This document shows, piece after piece, positions 6,352 to 15,463 of a DNA stretch of 15,463 bases. The number at the start of each line of letters is the position of its first letter. Within the stretch, counting starts at the first letter, position 1. The DNA is from a bacterium. GTDB taxonomy: Bacteria; CALINM01. The notes under the pieces were generated by a model. It searched no databases and had not been told where the DNA came from. It worked only from the letters and a program-made list of their open reading frames with translations. Location of the stretch: positions 1 to 15,463 of the forward strand of contig JBEQAF010000052.1 in assembly GCA_041640455.1 (NCBI GenBank), given 5' to 3'. A program made the position numbers and the translations under genes.

Positions 6352-7360
6352 AGCTTCTCCCTATTATCTCCGCCACTTTTTTTATCTGATCCATCAGTTG
6401 AGCAAACTTTTTGGGTTTCAAAGACTGCGAACCATCGCTCAAAGCCTTATCAGGCTGGGGATGGACTTCCAGCATCAGTCCATCTGCACCGCTTGCAATA
6501 GCCGCCAGCGACATGGGTGCAACCAGATGCCAATGGCCGGTTCCATGACTCGGATCTACAAATACAGGCAGATGGCTCAGCTTTTTTATTAATGGTACCG
6601 CAGAAAGATCAAGGGTATTTCTTGTAGCAGTCTCAAAGGTTCTTATACCTCTTTCGCATAAAATTATCTTCCTATTACCTTCTGAGGCAATATATTCTGC
6701 CGCCATAAGAAGCTCGTTTATGGTTGAGCTAAGCCCTCTTTTTAGAATTACTGGTTTATCAATTTTTCCAACCTCCAGAAGAAGACGGAAATTCTGCATA
6801 TTTCTTGCACCGATCTGGAAAATGTCAGCATATTTGTATAGGAGATCCATATCTCTTGGATCCATAAGCTCGGTAACTATTGGCAGTCCATATTCCTTTT
6901 TGGCTTCGTATAGTAGCTTAAGCCCTTCTTCACCTAACCCTTGAAAGCTATAAGGAGATGTTCTTGGCTTGAATGCCCCACCTCTTAAAAACCTTGCTCC
7001 AAAATCCTTAACAGCCTTTGCTGTTTCAAGCAATATCTCTCTATTTTCCACCGCACATGGACCGGCAACAACCACAATATTTTTATCACCTATTCTAATG
7101 CCATCCACATCAATAACCGTATCGGCACTCTGAAAATCTCTACTTACCAGCTTGTAAGGCTTTAAAATGGGAACCGCATCTTCTATACCTGGAAAGGATT
7201 CAAAGGGTAAATTTCTTATAACCGATTCATCGCCTATGGCGCCTATAATTGTTCTCTCCTCACCTCTTGAAAGATGAGGTTTTAAACCATGTTTTTTAAT
7301 AAGTTCTATGACATCTTCTATCTCCCTTTCGGTTGCATCTTTTTTCATTACAAATATCAT
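6344..7360 (-). CDS. aroF: 3-deoxy-7-phosphoheptulonate (DAHP) synthase, type I-beta with N-terminal ACT-like domain
   Basis: AGPCAVE, GAFKPRTSPYSFQG, QIGARNMQNF, LKRG, ILCERGIRTF, VDPSHGTG, EVHP and SDG motifs, plus a ~65-aa N-terminal regulatory domain. SD GGAGG. Confidence 0.96.
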   Translation of the reverse strand: MIFVMKKDATEREIEDVIELIKKHGLKPHLSRGEERTIIGAIGDESVIRNLPFESFPGIEDAVPILKPYKLVSRDFQSADTVIDVDGIRIGDKNIVVVAGPCAVENREILLETAKAVKDFGARFLRGGAFKPRTSPYSFQGLGEEGLKLLYEAKKEYGLPIVTELMDPRDMDLLYKYADIFQIGARNMQNFRLLLEVGKIDKPVILKRGLSSTINELLMAAEYIASEGNRKIILCERGIRTFETATRNTLDLSAVPLIKKLSHLPVFVDPSHGTGHWHLVAPMSLAAIASGADGLMLEVHPQPDKALSDGSQSLKPKKFAQLMDQIKKVAEIIGRSCE

Positions 7361-7378
7361 AAAGAGTTCCTCCAGTTA

Positions 7379-8464
7379 TCATTTTTTTAATATTTTTTTC
7401 AGTGCTGATATAAATTTTTTGTTTTCATTCATCAAACCCACTGAGACTCTCAGATATTCTGGCAATCCATAACCGCCCACGGGTCTCACAATTACGCCTT
7501 CCTTCAATAAACTGTTGTATAGATCCATGGAATTAATCGGTGACTTCATTAAAACGAAATTTCCATAAGATTTCTCATAGTTAATGCCCATTCTGTCAAA
7601 CTGGTCATAAAAATATTTTAACCCCTCTTGTGTAATCTCTCTGGTTTTCCTGATATGCTCCTCATCATCCAAGGCTCCCAGCGCAGCAAACTGAGCCAGA
7701 GTATTTACATTAAAAGGTTCTCTGACCCTATTCATATAGTCGATTATACCCTTCTCAGCAACCGCATAACCAACCCTCAGTCCAGCAAGTCCATATATCT
7801 TGGAAAAGGTTCTTACCACTATAAGATTTTTATATTTTTTCAAATATTTGAGCCCATCAGGATATTGCCTGTCCTTCACATATTCACTGTAAGCTTCATC
7901 GAGCACTACGAGCACACTTGAAGGTAGATTATTCATAAAACTTTCAAACTCATCTTTTTTAAACATAGTGCCAGTGGGGTTATTAGGATTTGCAAGGTAA
8001 ATAATCTTGGTTTTCTTATTAACATATTTCAGCATAGCAGAAAGGTCATGTGAGAGCCCCTTTCCAGGAACTTCATGAAATTTAGCTCCCAGCGCCTGTG
8101 CCACCAGTTTATATACAATAAAGGCATACTGAGAAAATATTATCTCATCTCCAGTCTCATAAAAGGTTCTGCCAACTATCTCGAGCACTTCATTGGAACC
8201 ATTTCCGAACATAATATTTTCTGCTGGAAATTTTATCTTTTCTGACAGTTTTTTAGCCAGATAGTAGCACCCCCCTTCGGGGTATCGATGAAGGTTTAAT
8301 ATATATTTTTTCATCAAGGCTATCCCTTTTTTTGAGGGACCCAGAGGGTTTTCATTGCTTGCCAGCTTAACTGCCTCTTTAATTCCCAGCTCCCTCTCAA
8401 CCTCTTCTACAGGCTTTCCTGGTACATAGGGAATCAGCTTTTCAATGTGACTGCCAACCTTCAT
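7379..8464 (-). CDS. hisC: Histidinol-phosphate/aromatic aminotransferase (class I-beta PLP enzyme)
   Basis: KLASNENPLG, GNGSNE, NPNNPTG, LDEAY and the PLP-lysine motif RTFSKIYGLAGLRVGY. SD AGGAGG lies in the last codons of pheA. Confidence 0.94.
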   Translation of the reverse strand: MKVGSHIEKLIPYVPGKPVEEVERELGIKEAVKLASNENPLGPSKKGIALMKKYILNLHRYPEGGCYYLAKKLSEKIKFPAENIMFGNGSNEVLEIVGRTFYETGDEIIFSQYAFIVYKLVAQALGAKFHEVPGKGLSHDLSAMLKYVNKKTKIIYLANPNNPTGTMFKKDEFESFMNNLPSSVLVVLDEAYSEYVKDRQYPDGLKYLKKYKNLIVVRTFSKIYGLAGLRVGYAVAEKGIIDYMNRVREPFNVNTLAQFAALGALDDEEHIRKTREITQEGLKYFYDQFDRMGINYEKSYGNFVLMKSPINSMDLYNSLLKEGVIVRPVGGYGLPEYLRVSVGLMNENKKFISALKKILKK

Positions 8465-8467
8465 CTT

Positions 8468-9559
8468 CTAATCCTCCTTTTTAAATTTTGGGTAGGAACC
8501 TATAACCTTCAGAAATACACTTTTGCTTTTCAACTCCTCTATGGCTTCTGAAACATTTTTATCATCAATATGTCCGTCAAGATCTACAAAAAACACATAC
8601 TCCCACGCCTTGGTTTTTACTGGTCTTGATTCAATCTTTGTAAGATTTATATTTCGTTTTGCAAAAGGAGATAGCATGTTATAAAGAGCTCCGGGCTCAT
8701 CTCTTATTGAAAACAGAATGCTTGTTTTATCATTTTCAGTTTTTTTATGTTTTATCTTGCCTATTATTAGAAATCTTGTGAAATTGTCATTAAGGTCCTG
8801 AATGTTTCTTTCAATCATATTTAGATCGTATATCTTAGCCGCTGCTTCACCGGCAATGGCGGCTGCATGTTCTTCTTTTTTTGCCAGCTCTGCTGCTTCT
8901 GCTGTACTATTTACCTCAATAAGTACGCAGTGTGACATATTCTTCTCTATCCAGCCTCTACACTGGGCAAATGCCTGAGGATGGGAGTATATTTTTTTTA
9001 TATCTTCTTTTCTAATCAACTTTGAAATAAGACAGTGGGTAATGGGAAGTATTATCTCACCGCTTATAAAAAGGTCATATCTAAGAAACATATCAAGTGT
9101 ATATGAAACAATACCTTCTGTAGAGTTCTCAACTGGTACTACCCCCATATCTGCCCTTCCTTTAGCAACCTCATCAAAAATATCTGAAATGGAACGGATA
9201 GGCACATACTGGGCATTCTGTCCGAAAAACTTCATTGCTGCATCATGGGTGAAAGTAGCAAAGGGGCCCAAAAAGGCAACCTTAAGAGTCTTTTCAAGAG
9301 ATAGACATGCTGATATAATCTCTTTGAACACAGACTTAACCGCATTTTTAGGGAAATCGCCTTTGCAGTTTTTCGTAAGCCTCTTTATAATCTCATCTTC
9401 TCTGTGGGGTACATAAAAACTGGTTTTCAGCTTCTTTTTAATGCTGCCTACCTGTTTAACCAGCTTTGCCCGCCTGTTTAACAGGTTCAAAATCTCATCA
9501 TCCACATGATCAATCTCTTCTCTTAACCTGTTTAGCTCTTTCTGAAAATCTTTATCCAT
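8468..9559 (-). CDS. pheA: Bifunctional chorismate mutase/prephenate dehydratase (P-protein)
   Basis: AroQ N-terminus LREEIDHVDDEILNLLNRR; PDT motifs PVENSTEG, SHPQ and NFTRF; ACT domain with LTKIESRP. Confidence 0.96.
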   Translation of the reverse strand: MDKDFQKELNRLREEIDHVDDEILNLLNRRAKLVKQVGSIKKKLKTSFYVPHREDEIIKRLTKNCKGDFPKNAVKSVFKEIISACLSLEKTLKVAFLGPFATFTHDAAMKFFGQNAQYVPIRSISDIFDEVAKGRADMGVVPVENSTEGIVSYTLDMFLRYDLFISGEIILPITHCLISKLIRKEDIKKIYSHPQAFAQCRGWIEKNMSHCVLIEVNSTAEAAELAKKEEHAAAIAGEAAAKIYDLNMIERNIQDLNDNFTRFLIIGKIKHKKTENDKTSILFSIRDEPGALYNMLSPFAKRNINLTKIESRPVKTKAWEYVFFVDLDGHIDDKNVSEAIEELKSKSVFLKVIGSYPKFKKED

Positions 9560-12500
9560 TCAGAAAAACCTCTTTTTTTGAAAAATATAGCTCCATATCA
9601 GAAAAACAGGTTTTAAAATTACTATAAAAACTGGGACTCGGCTCAATCCAGAAATCTTTGGGTGCTAAAATGTCAATCTCCTTGTTATCTTCAGTCTTAA
9701 TGGCTATAGCAACCGGAACATTGCTTACACCTTTATAAGTGGAGATCAGGCTTTTCAAATCCTTTAAAACCTGTTGATTAATACTTTTTTTGTTGGCTAT
9801 TATTTTTACTGATCTTATTTCCTTTGCCCAGCTCATATCCATTGTCATTACTACATTTACAATAATCTTTGACTTATTATCCTCTTTCGAAACAACCCCC
9901 TTAAAGTAAAGTGGTTCATCCCTTTTAAGCAGATCTTTATACTTCTCATATGGTTCAGAGTAGACAACTGCCTCAATAGTTCCTGTAAGATCTTCGATAT
10001 TGAGTATTGCCATCTTTTTTCCTGTCTTTTTAATATTCTTCTCCTGAACACTAAGCACTATCCCAACTAAAGACAGATTTTTATTGTTTTCAAAGGTCCT
10101 TATACCTGAAATTGTTGTATCTGAAAGGCTTTTTATCATATCTTCATATTCAATAAGCGGATGTCCCGAGAGATAAAAGCCCAGCACCTCCTTTTCAAAT
10201 GATAGAATCTGGGATTTTGATAGTTCAGCAGATTCTGGAAGCTCAATCTTTTCCTCAAACTCTTCTGTGTTACCGAAAATATTCATCATATTATCTTTTT
10301 TGTTTTTCTTGCCCGATAATTTTTCTATCAGCCCCTCATAATGTTCCAGATACTGACCCCTATGCCCTCCAAGTGAATCCATAGCACCACTTTTTATCAG
10401 ACTTTCTATCACCGCCTTGTTAATCTTTTTTGTGCTCATCCTTTTTATAAAATCAACAAAATCTTTAAACCGACCCTTCTTTCTTTCCTCCATAATATCC
10501 AGCACAGCTGCTTTACCAACATTTTTAATGGCGGTAAGCCCAAAGCGTATCTCCCTGTCGCCTGTAACGGTAAAACTTTCATTACTCTCATTAATATCCG
10601 GCGGAAGCACCTCAATCCCATGTTTTTTGCATTCATTAATATAAATAACTATCCTTTCAGTGCTATCAATTTCAATAGTCATCAGAGAAGCTATAAACTC
10701 TGCTGGATAATATGCCTTAAGATAGGCTGTCTGAAAAGCAACCATTGCGTAGGCGGCTGAATGAGATTTGTTAAAGCCGTATTCTCCAAATTTTTCAATT
10801 TTATCAAAGAGTTTTTCAACCTTGCCTTTATCAAATCCTCTTTCAACAGACCTTTTTATAAACTCTTCCTTTATTTTAGGGATCTCGCTAACCTTTTTCT
10901 TGCTAATAACGCTCCTCAGGTTATCCGCCTCTCCTTTTGAAAATCCACCAATCTTTCCCGCTATCTGCATTACCTGTTCCTGATATAATACAATACCGTA
11001 CGTATCACTCAGGATATCCTTAAGTTCGGGCAAGTCATACTCTATCTTTTCCTTTCCATGCTTCCTGAGTATAAAACTCTCCACCATACCGCTTCCTAAA
11101 GGACCTGGTCTGTAAAGTGCATTTACAGCAATTATCTCCTCAAAGAACGTGGGCTTAAGCTTTCTTAATATCTCCTTCATCCCGGCACTTTCAAGCTGGA
11201 ACACTCCGGTTGTATCTCCCTTAGCAAGTAGCTCATAAACCTTGCTGTCTTTAAGATCCAGATTATCAATATCTATCTTTATTCCTGTCCTTTGAAATAC
11301 CCTGTCTATGGTATCCTTAATGGCTGTAAGAGTTTTAATACCCAGTATATCAAACTTTATGAGTCCCATCTTTTCTATATAAGCCATTGGGAACTGGGTC
11401 AATCTTTCTTCCTCAGACTTTCCCCTGCTTAGCGGCATATATTCAACAAGCGGTTTATCGGCAATAACAATGCCTGCTGCATGAATAGAAGTGTGTCTCG
11501 GTAGTTTTTCAAGAGCTTTTGAAAAGTCTATGAGCTCTTTAATCTCCTTACTGGACTCGTAGATATTTTTAAAGGGCTCTTCTTTTTCGAGCGCCTCCTG
11601 AATGGTCTTTGCATTGCCTATTAGCTTGGTCAGTGCATTGGTCTCCTGAAAGGATCTGTTCATAGCTCTGGCAACATCTTTTATCACCTGCTTTGCCTTC
11701 ATGGCTCCGAAGGTTATTATCTGGGCAACCATATCTTTGCCATACTTATTTTTTATATAGTTGATAACTTCTTCCCTTCTATCATGGCAGAAATCTACAT
11801 CCACATCAGGCATAGAAGTTCTATCGGGATTAAGAAATCTTTCGAAAAGTAGATTATATTTTAAAGGATCAATACTGGTAATACCCAATAGGTATGCCAC
11901 CAGACTCCCTGCCGCAGAACCTCTTCCGGGTCCAACAGGGATACCATTATCTCTTGCAAATTTTATAAAATCGTGGACAATCAGAAAGTAGCTTGGGAAC
12001 CCCATCTTTTTTATAATACTCACTTCGTAATCCAGCCGATCCTCATAGTCTTTTTTTGAGAACCTGCCTTCGCACTCTTTAAGAAGCCTGTCAATCTTTT
12101 CATCAAACCCCTGTTTTACTAATCTGACAAAAAGCTCCTCAGCCTCTTCCTTTGAGCCATAAGCAGATGGAAAATGATAACCTGTTTTTTCAAATAGGAA
12201 ATAACATTTATCTGCTATTTTAACTGTATTTTCAATGGCTTCAGGCACATGAGAGAAGCTTTCTCTCATCTCTTCAGGAGACTTGAAATAGAATTCATCG
12301 CTTTCCATTTTAAGCCTTTTGGGATCATCAACGGTCGTCTGAGTCTGAATGCACAGAAGCAGATCATGAAATTTGGCATCCTCTTTTCTGAGATAATGGC
12401 AATCATTAGTAGCAACCAGAGGTATATTAAGCTCCTTTGAGAGTTTAATCAGCTCCTCATTTACAATCTGTTGAGCCTTCAAGCCGTTATCCTGTATCTC

Positions 12501-13025
12501 AAGATAAAAATCTTCACCAAAAATAGCTTTGTACTCGAGAGCCCTTTTCTTTGCCTCGCTATATTTTCCTTTATCCAGATGGAAGCTAACCTCACCTTTT
12601 AGACAGGCAGATAGGGCTATAAGCCCCTCTTTATACTTATTTAGAATCTCCTTATCAACCCTTGGTTTATAGTAATAGCCTTCAAAGTTTGCATCGGTAA
12701 GCAGTCTGCACAAATTTTTGTAACCAGTATGATCTTTCACCAAAAGTACCAGATGAAAATAATTTCCCTCACCTTCGCTACCCTGCTGTTTTTTAAATCT
12801 GCTTTCAGGTGCAACATAAACCTCGCAACCCAGAATGGGTTTTATTCCTGCATCCTGAGCCTTTATAAAAAACTCATAGGAACCGAAAATATTTGAATGG
12901 TCAGTTATGGCAAGAGCTGGCATACCATACTCAACAGCCTTTTTTATGGCATCCTCAATCCTGATGGCACCGTCAAGCAAACTATACTCTGTGTGCAGAT
13001 GGAGATGAACAAAATCTGAGAACAT
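9552..13025 (-). CDS. dnaE: DNA polymerase III alpha subunit
   Basis: PHP motif HLHLHTEYSLLDG, GPGRGSAAGS, FERFLNPDR, catalytic PDVDVDF and KFDILG, YGFNKSHS, and an OB fold. Start moved from the ORF-track TTG (13043) to ATG 13025, which follows GGGAG and lies 4 nt after the guaA stop. No intein-sized insertion. Confidence 0.97.
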   Translation of the reverse strand: MFSDFVHLHLHTEYSLLDGAIRIEDAIKKAVEYGMPALAITDHSNIFGSYEFFIKAQDAGIKPILGCEVYVAPESRFKKQQGSEGEGNYFHLVLLVKDHTGYKNLCRLLTDANFEGYYYKPRVDKEILNKYKEGLIALSACLKGEVSFHLDKGKYSEAKKRALEYKAIFGEDFYLEIQDNGLKAQQIVNEELIKLSKELNIPLVATNDCHYLRKEDAKFHDLLLCIQTQTTVDDPKRLKMESDEFYFKSPEEMRESFSHVPEAIENTVKIADKCYFLFEKTGYHFPSAYGSKEEAEELFVRLVKQGFDEKIDRLLKECEGRFSKKDYEDRLDYEVSIIKKMGFPSYFLIVHDFIKFARDNGIPVGPGRGSAAGSLVAYLLGITSIDPLKYNLLFERFLNPDRTSMPDVDVDFCHDRREEVINYIKNKYGKDMVAQIITFGAMKAKQVIKDVARAMNRSFQETNALTKLIGNAKTIQEALEKEEPFKNIYESSKEIKELIDFSKALEKLPRHTSIHAAGIVIADKPLVEYMPLSRGKSEEERLTQFPMAYIEKMGLIKFDILGIKTLTAIKDTIDRVFQRTGIKIDIDNLDLKDSKVYELLAKGDTTGVFQLESAGMKEILRKLKPTFFEEIIAVNALYRPGPLGSGMVESFILRKHGKEKIEYDLPELKDILSDTYGIVLYQEQVMQIAGKIGGFSKGEADNLRSVISKKKVSEIPKIKEEFIKRSVERGFDKGKVEKLFDKIEKFGEYGFNKSHSAAYAMVAFQTAYLKAYYPAEFIASLMTIEIDSTERIVIYINECKKHGIEVLPPDINESNESFTVTGDREIRFGLTAIKNVGKAAVLDIMEERKKGRFKDFVDFIKRMSTKKINKAVIESLIKSGAMDSLGGHRGQYLEHYEGLIEKLSGKKNKKDNMMNIFGNTEEFEEKIELPESAELSKSQILSFEKEVLGFYLSGHPLIEYEDMIKSLSDTTISGIRTFENNKNLSLVGIVLSVQEKNIKKTGKKMAILNIEDLTGTIEAVVYSEPYEKYKDLLKRDEPLYFKGVVSKEDNKSKIIVNVVMTMDMSWAKEIRSVKIIANKKSINQQVLKDLKSLISTYKGVSNVPVAIAIKTEDNKEIDILAPKDFWIEPSPSFYSNFKTCFSDMELYFSKKEVFLNG

Positions 13026-13029
13026 AAAA

Positions 13030-14586
13030 CTACTCCCACTCAATTGTGCTTGGTGGTTTTGAGCTTATATCATAAACAACCCTGTTTACACCCTTAACTT
13101 CATTAATAATTCTTCTTGATAAATGGGCTAATATCTCATGGGGTAACCTTGCCCAGTCAGCGGTCATTCCATCCATGCTATCCACAACTCTCAGGGCAAT
13201 TACATTGTCATAGGTCCTTTCATCTCCCATAACTCCAACAGTTCTTACAGGCAGAAGAACTGGAAAAGACTGCCATACCTTCCAGTAATAGCCGCTTTTT
13301 TTCATCTCCTCTTCCACAATGGCATCTACATCCTGAAGGATTTTTATCTTGTCTCCATTAACCTCACCAAGAATTCTCACCGCCAGCCCGGGACCTGGAA
13401 AGGGTTGTCTTAATATAATATCATCGCTCATACCAAGCTCTCTCCCAACCTCTCTTACCTCATCCTTAAAAAGCTCTCTCAGAGGTTCAATTAGTTTAAG
13501 CTTCATCTTTTCGGGCAGACCGCCTACATTGTGATGGCTTTTAATCACTGCTGACGGACCTTTAAAGGATACGCTTTCAATTACATCGGGATAGAGGGTT
13601 CCTTGAGCTAAAAAATCCACCTTGCCAATCTTTTTTGCTTCTTGCTCAAACACTTCTATAAAAGTATGTCCGATGATCTTTCTTTTCTGCTCTGGATCGG
13701 TAACACCTTTAAGCTTTTCAAGAAACTGCTTTTTTGCGTCCACCACCTTAAGGTTTATATCAAAATTATCTCTAAACATCTTTTCCACGTTATGGGTCTC
13801 ATTTTTTCTCAGCAAACCATTATCTACAAATATACAATAAAGATTTTTTCCGATGGCTTTATTTATTAAAACGGCTACAACCGATGAATCCACACCTCCG
13901 CTTAGTGCACAAAGCACCTTACCATTACCCACAGTCTTTTTTATCTCTTCCACACTCTTTTCTATAAAGGAGTGCATGTTCCAGAGCCCTTTAAGACCAC
14001 AGACCCTGTAAAGAAAAGCCTTTATAATATCCTTTCCCAACGGGGTATGATAAACTTCTGGATGAAACTGCACACCAAATATTTTCTTAGTTTTGCACTT
14101 AATTGCTGCGTAGGGCGAGTTTGAAGTCCTGGCTATACTAATAAATCCCTTCGGAAGCTTTTCTATCCTGTCTCCATGGCTCATCCACACAGGTATCTCG
14201 TCTTCCAGAATAAAGGAGAATAGGTCTTCCCTTTCTTTAATAATCAGATTAGCTAATCCGTATTCTCTTTCCTTTGCCCTTGTAACCTGACCACCTGAAA
14301 GATGGGTAATAAGTTGCATGCCATAACAGATTCCGAGCACAGGAATATTAAGATCAAAAATATCCTCTGATACCAGCGGTGCATCGCTGTCATAAACACT
14401 TTTAGGACCACCTGAAAGAATTATACCTTTTGGGTGAAAGGCTTTAATCTCTTCGAGACTTGCCGAATAGGGATAGATCTCACAATATACCTTTGACTCC
14501 CTGACTCTTCTTGCGATAAGCTGGGTATACTGGGAGCCGAAGTCAAGAATTAACACTCTTTCTTTATGTAATTTATCTTTTTTCAT
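13030..14586 (-). CDS. guaA: GMP synthase (glutamine-hydrolysing)
   Basis: [45 protein letters not shown] and C-terminal KPPSTIEWE. Confidence 0.98.
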   Translation of the reverse strand: MKKDKLHKERVLILDFGSQYTQLIARRVRESKVYCEIYPYSASLEEIKAFHPKGIILSGGPKSVYDSDAPLVSEDIFDLNIPVLGICYGMQLITHLSGGQVTRAKEREYGLANLIIKEREDLFSFILEDEIPVWMSHGDRIEKLPKGFISIARTSNSPYAAIKCKTKKIFGVQFHPEVYHTPLGKDIIKAFLYRVCGLKGLWNMHSFIEKSVEEIKKTVGNGKVLCALSGGVDSSVVAVLINKAIGKNLYCIFVDNGLLRKNETHNVEKMFRDNFDINLKVVDAKKQFLEKLKGVTDPEQKRKIIGHTFIEVFEQEAKKIGKVDFLAQGTLYPDVIESVSFKGPSAVIKSHHNVGGLPEKMKLKLIEPLRELFKDEVREVGRELGMSDDIILRQPFPGPGLAVRILGEVNGDKIKILQDVDAIVEEEMKKSGYYWKVWQSFPVLLPVRTVGVMGDERTYDNVIALRVVDSMDGMTADWARLPHEILAHLSRRIINEVKGVNRVVYDISSKPPSTIEWE

Positions 14587-14590
14587 AACC

Positions 14591-15463
<873 letters not shown>

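Noticed and set aside
9552..9580. A7 run (TCA AAA AAA GAG) near the dnaE end as a possible frameshift site producing a DnaE-PheA fusion
   Set aside because: A -1 shift does not enter the pheA frame, and the +1 (pheA) frame has a TGA immediately before the pheA ATG. The adjacent AGAGGT is better explained as the pheA SD.
9552..13025. Intein or other insertion in dnaE
   Set aside because: The length (1157 aa) is normal, the conserved motifs are contiguous, and no splice-junction motifs were seen.
13026..13043. ORF-track TTG start for dnaE overlapping guaA
   Set aside because: The ATG at 13025 has an SD at normal spacing and gives the typical MxxxFVHLHLH N-terminus.

Overview
AT-rich bacterial chromosomal window with no sign of mobile elements, RNA genes or CRISPR arrays. 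The right two-thirds is one tightly packed minus-strand gene string: guaB (5' end outside the window), guaA, dnaE, pheA, hisC-family aminotransferase, aroF, tyrA. A long imperfect palindrome then precedes an OmpR-family response regulator and its sensor kinase. At the left, a compact divergent promoter region serves a YbaN/DUF454 membrane protein (+) and a two-gene unit (-). That unit encodes a small PAS-like protein with a C-terminal CxxC...SHGxCxxC motif and an acyl-CoA transferase/hydrolase fused to a Pat-like GNAT acetyltransferase. A secreted, probably outer-membrane beta-barrel gene missing from the ORF track runs off the left edge. The PAS/Cys-motif plus CoA-transferase-GNAT pair is the best candidate for an uncharacterised system (a sensor-linked protein acylation module). 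That is inference only; the rest is mostly housekeeping.
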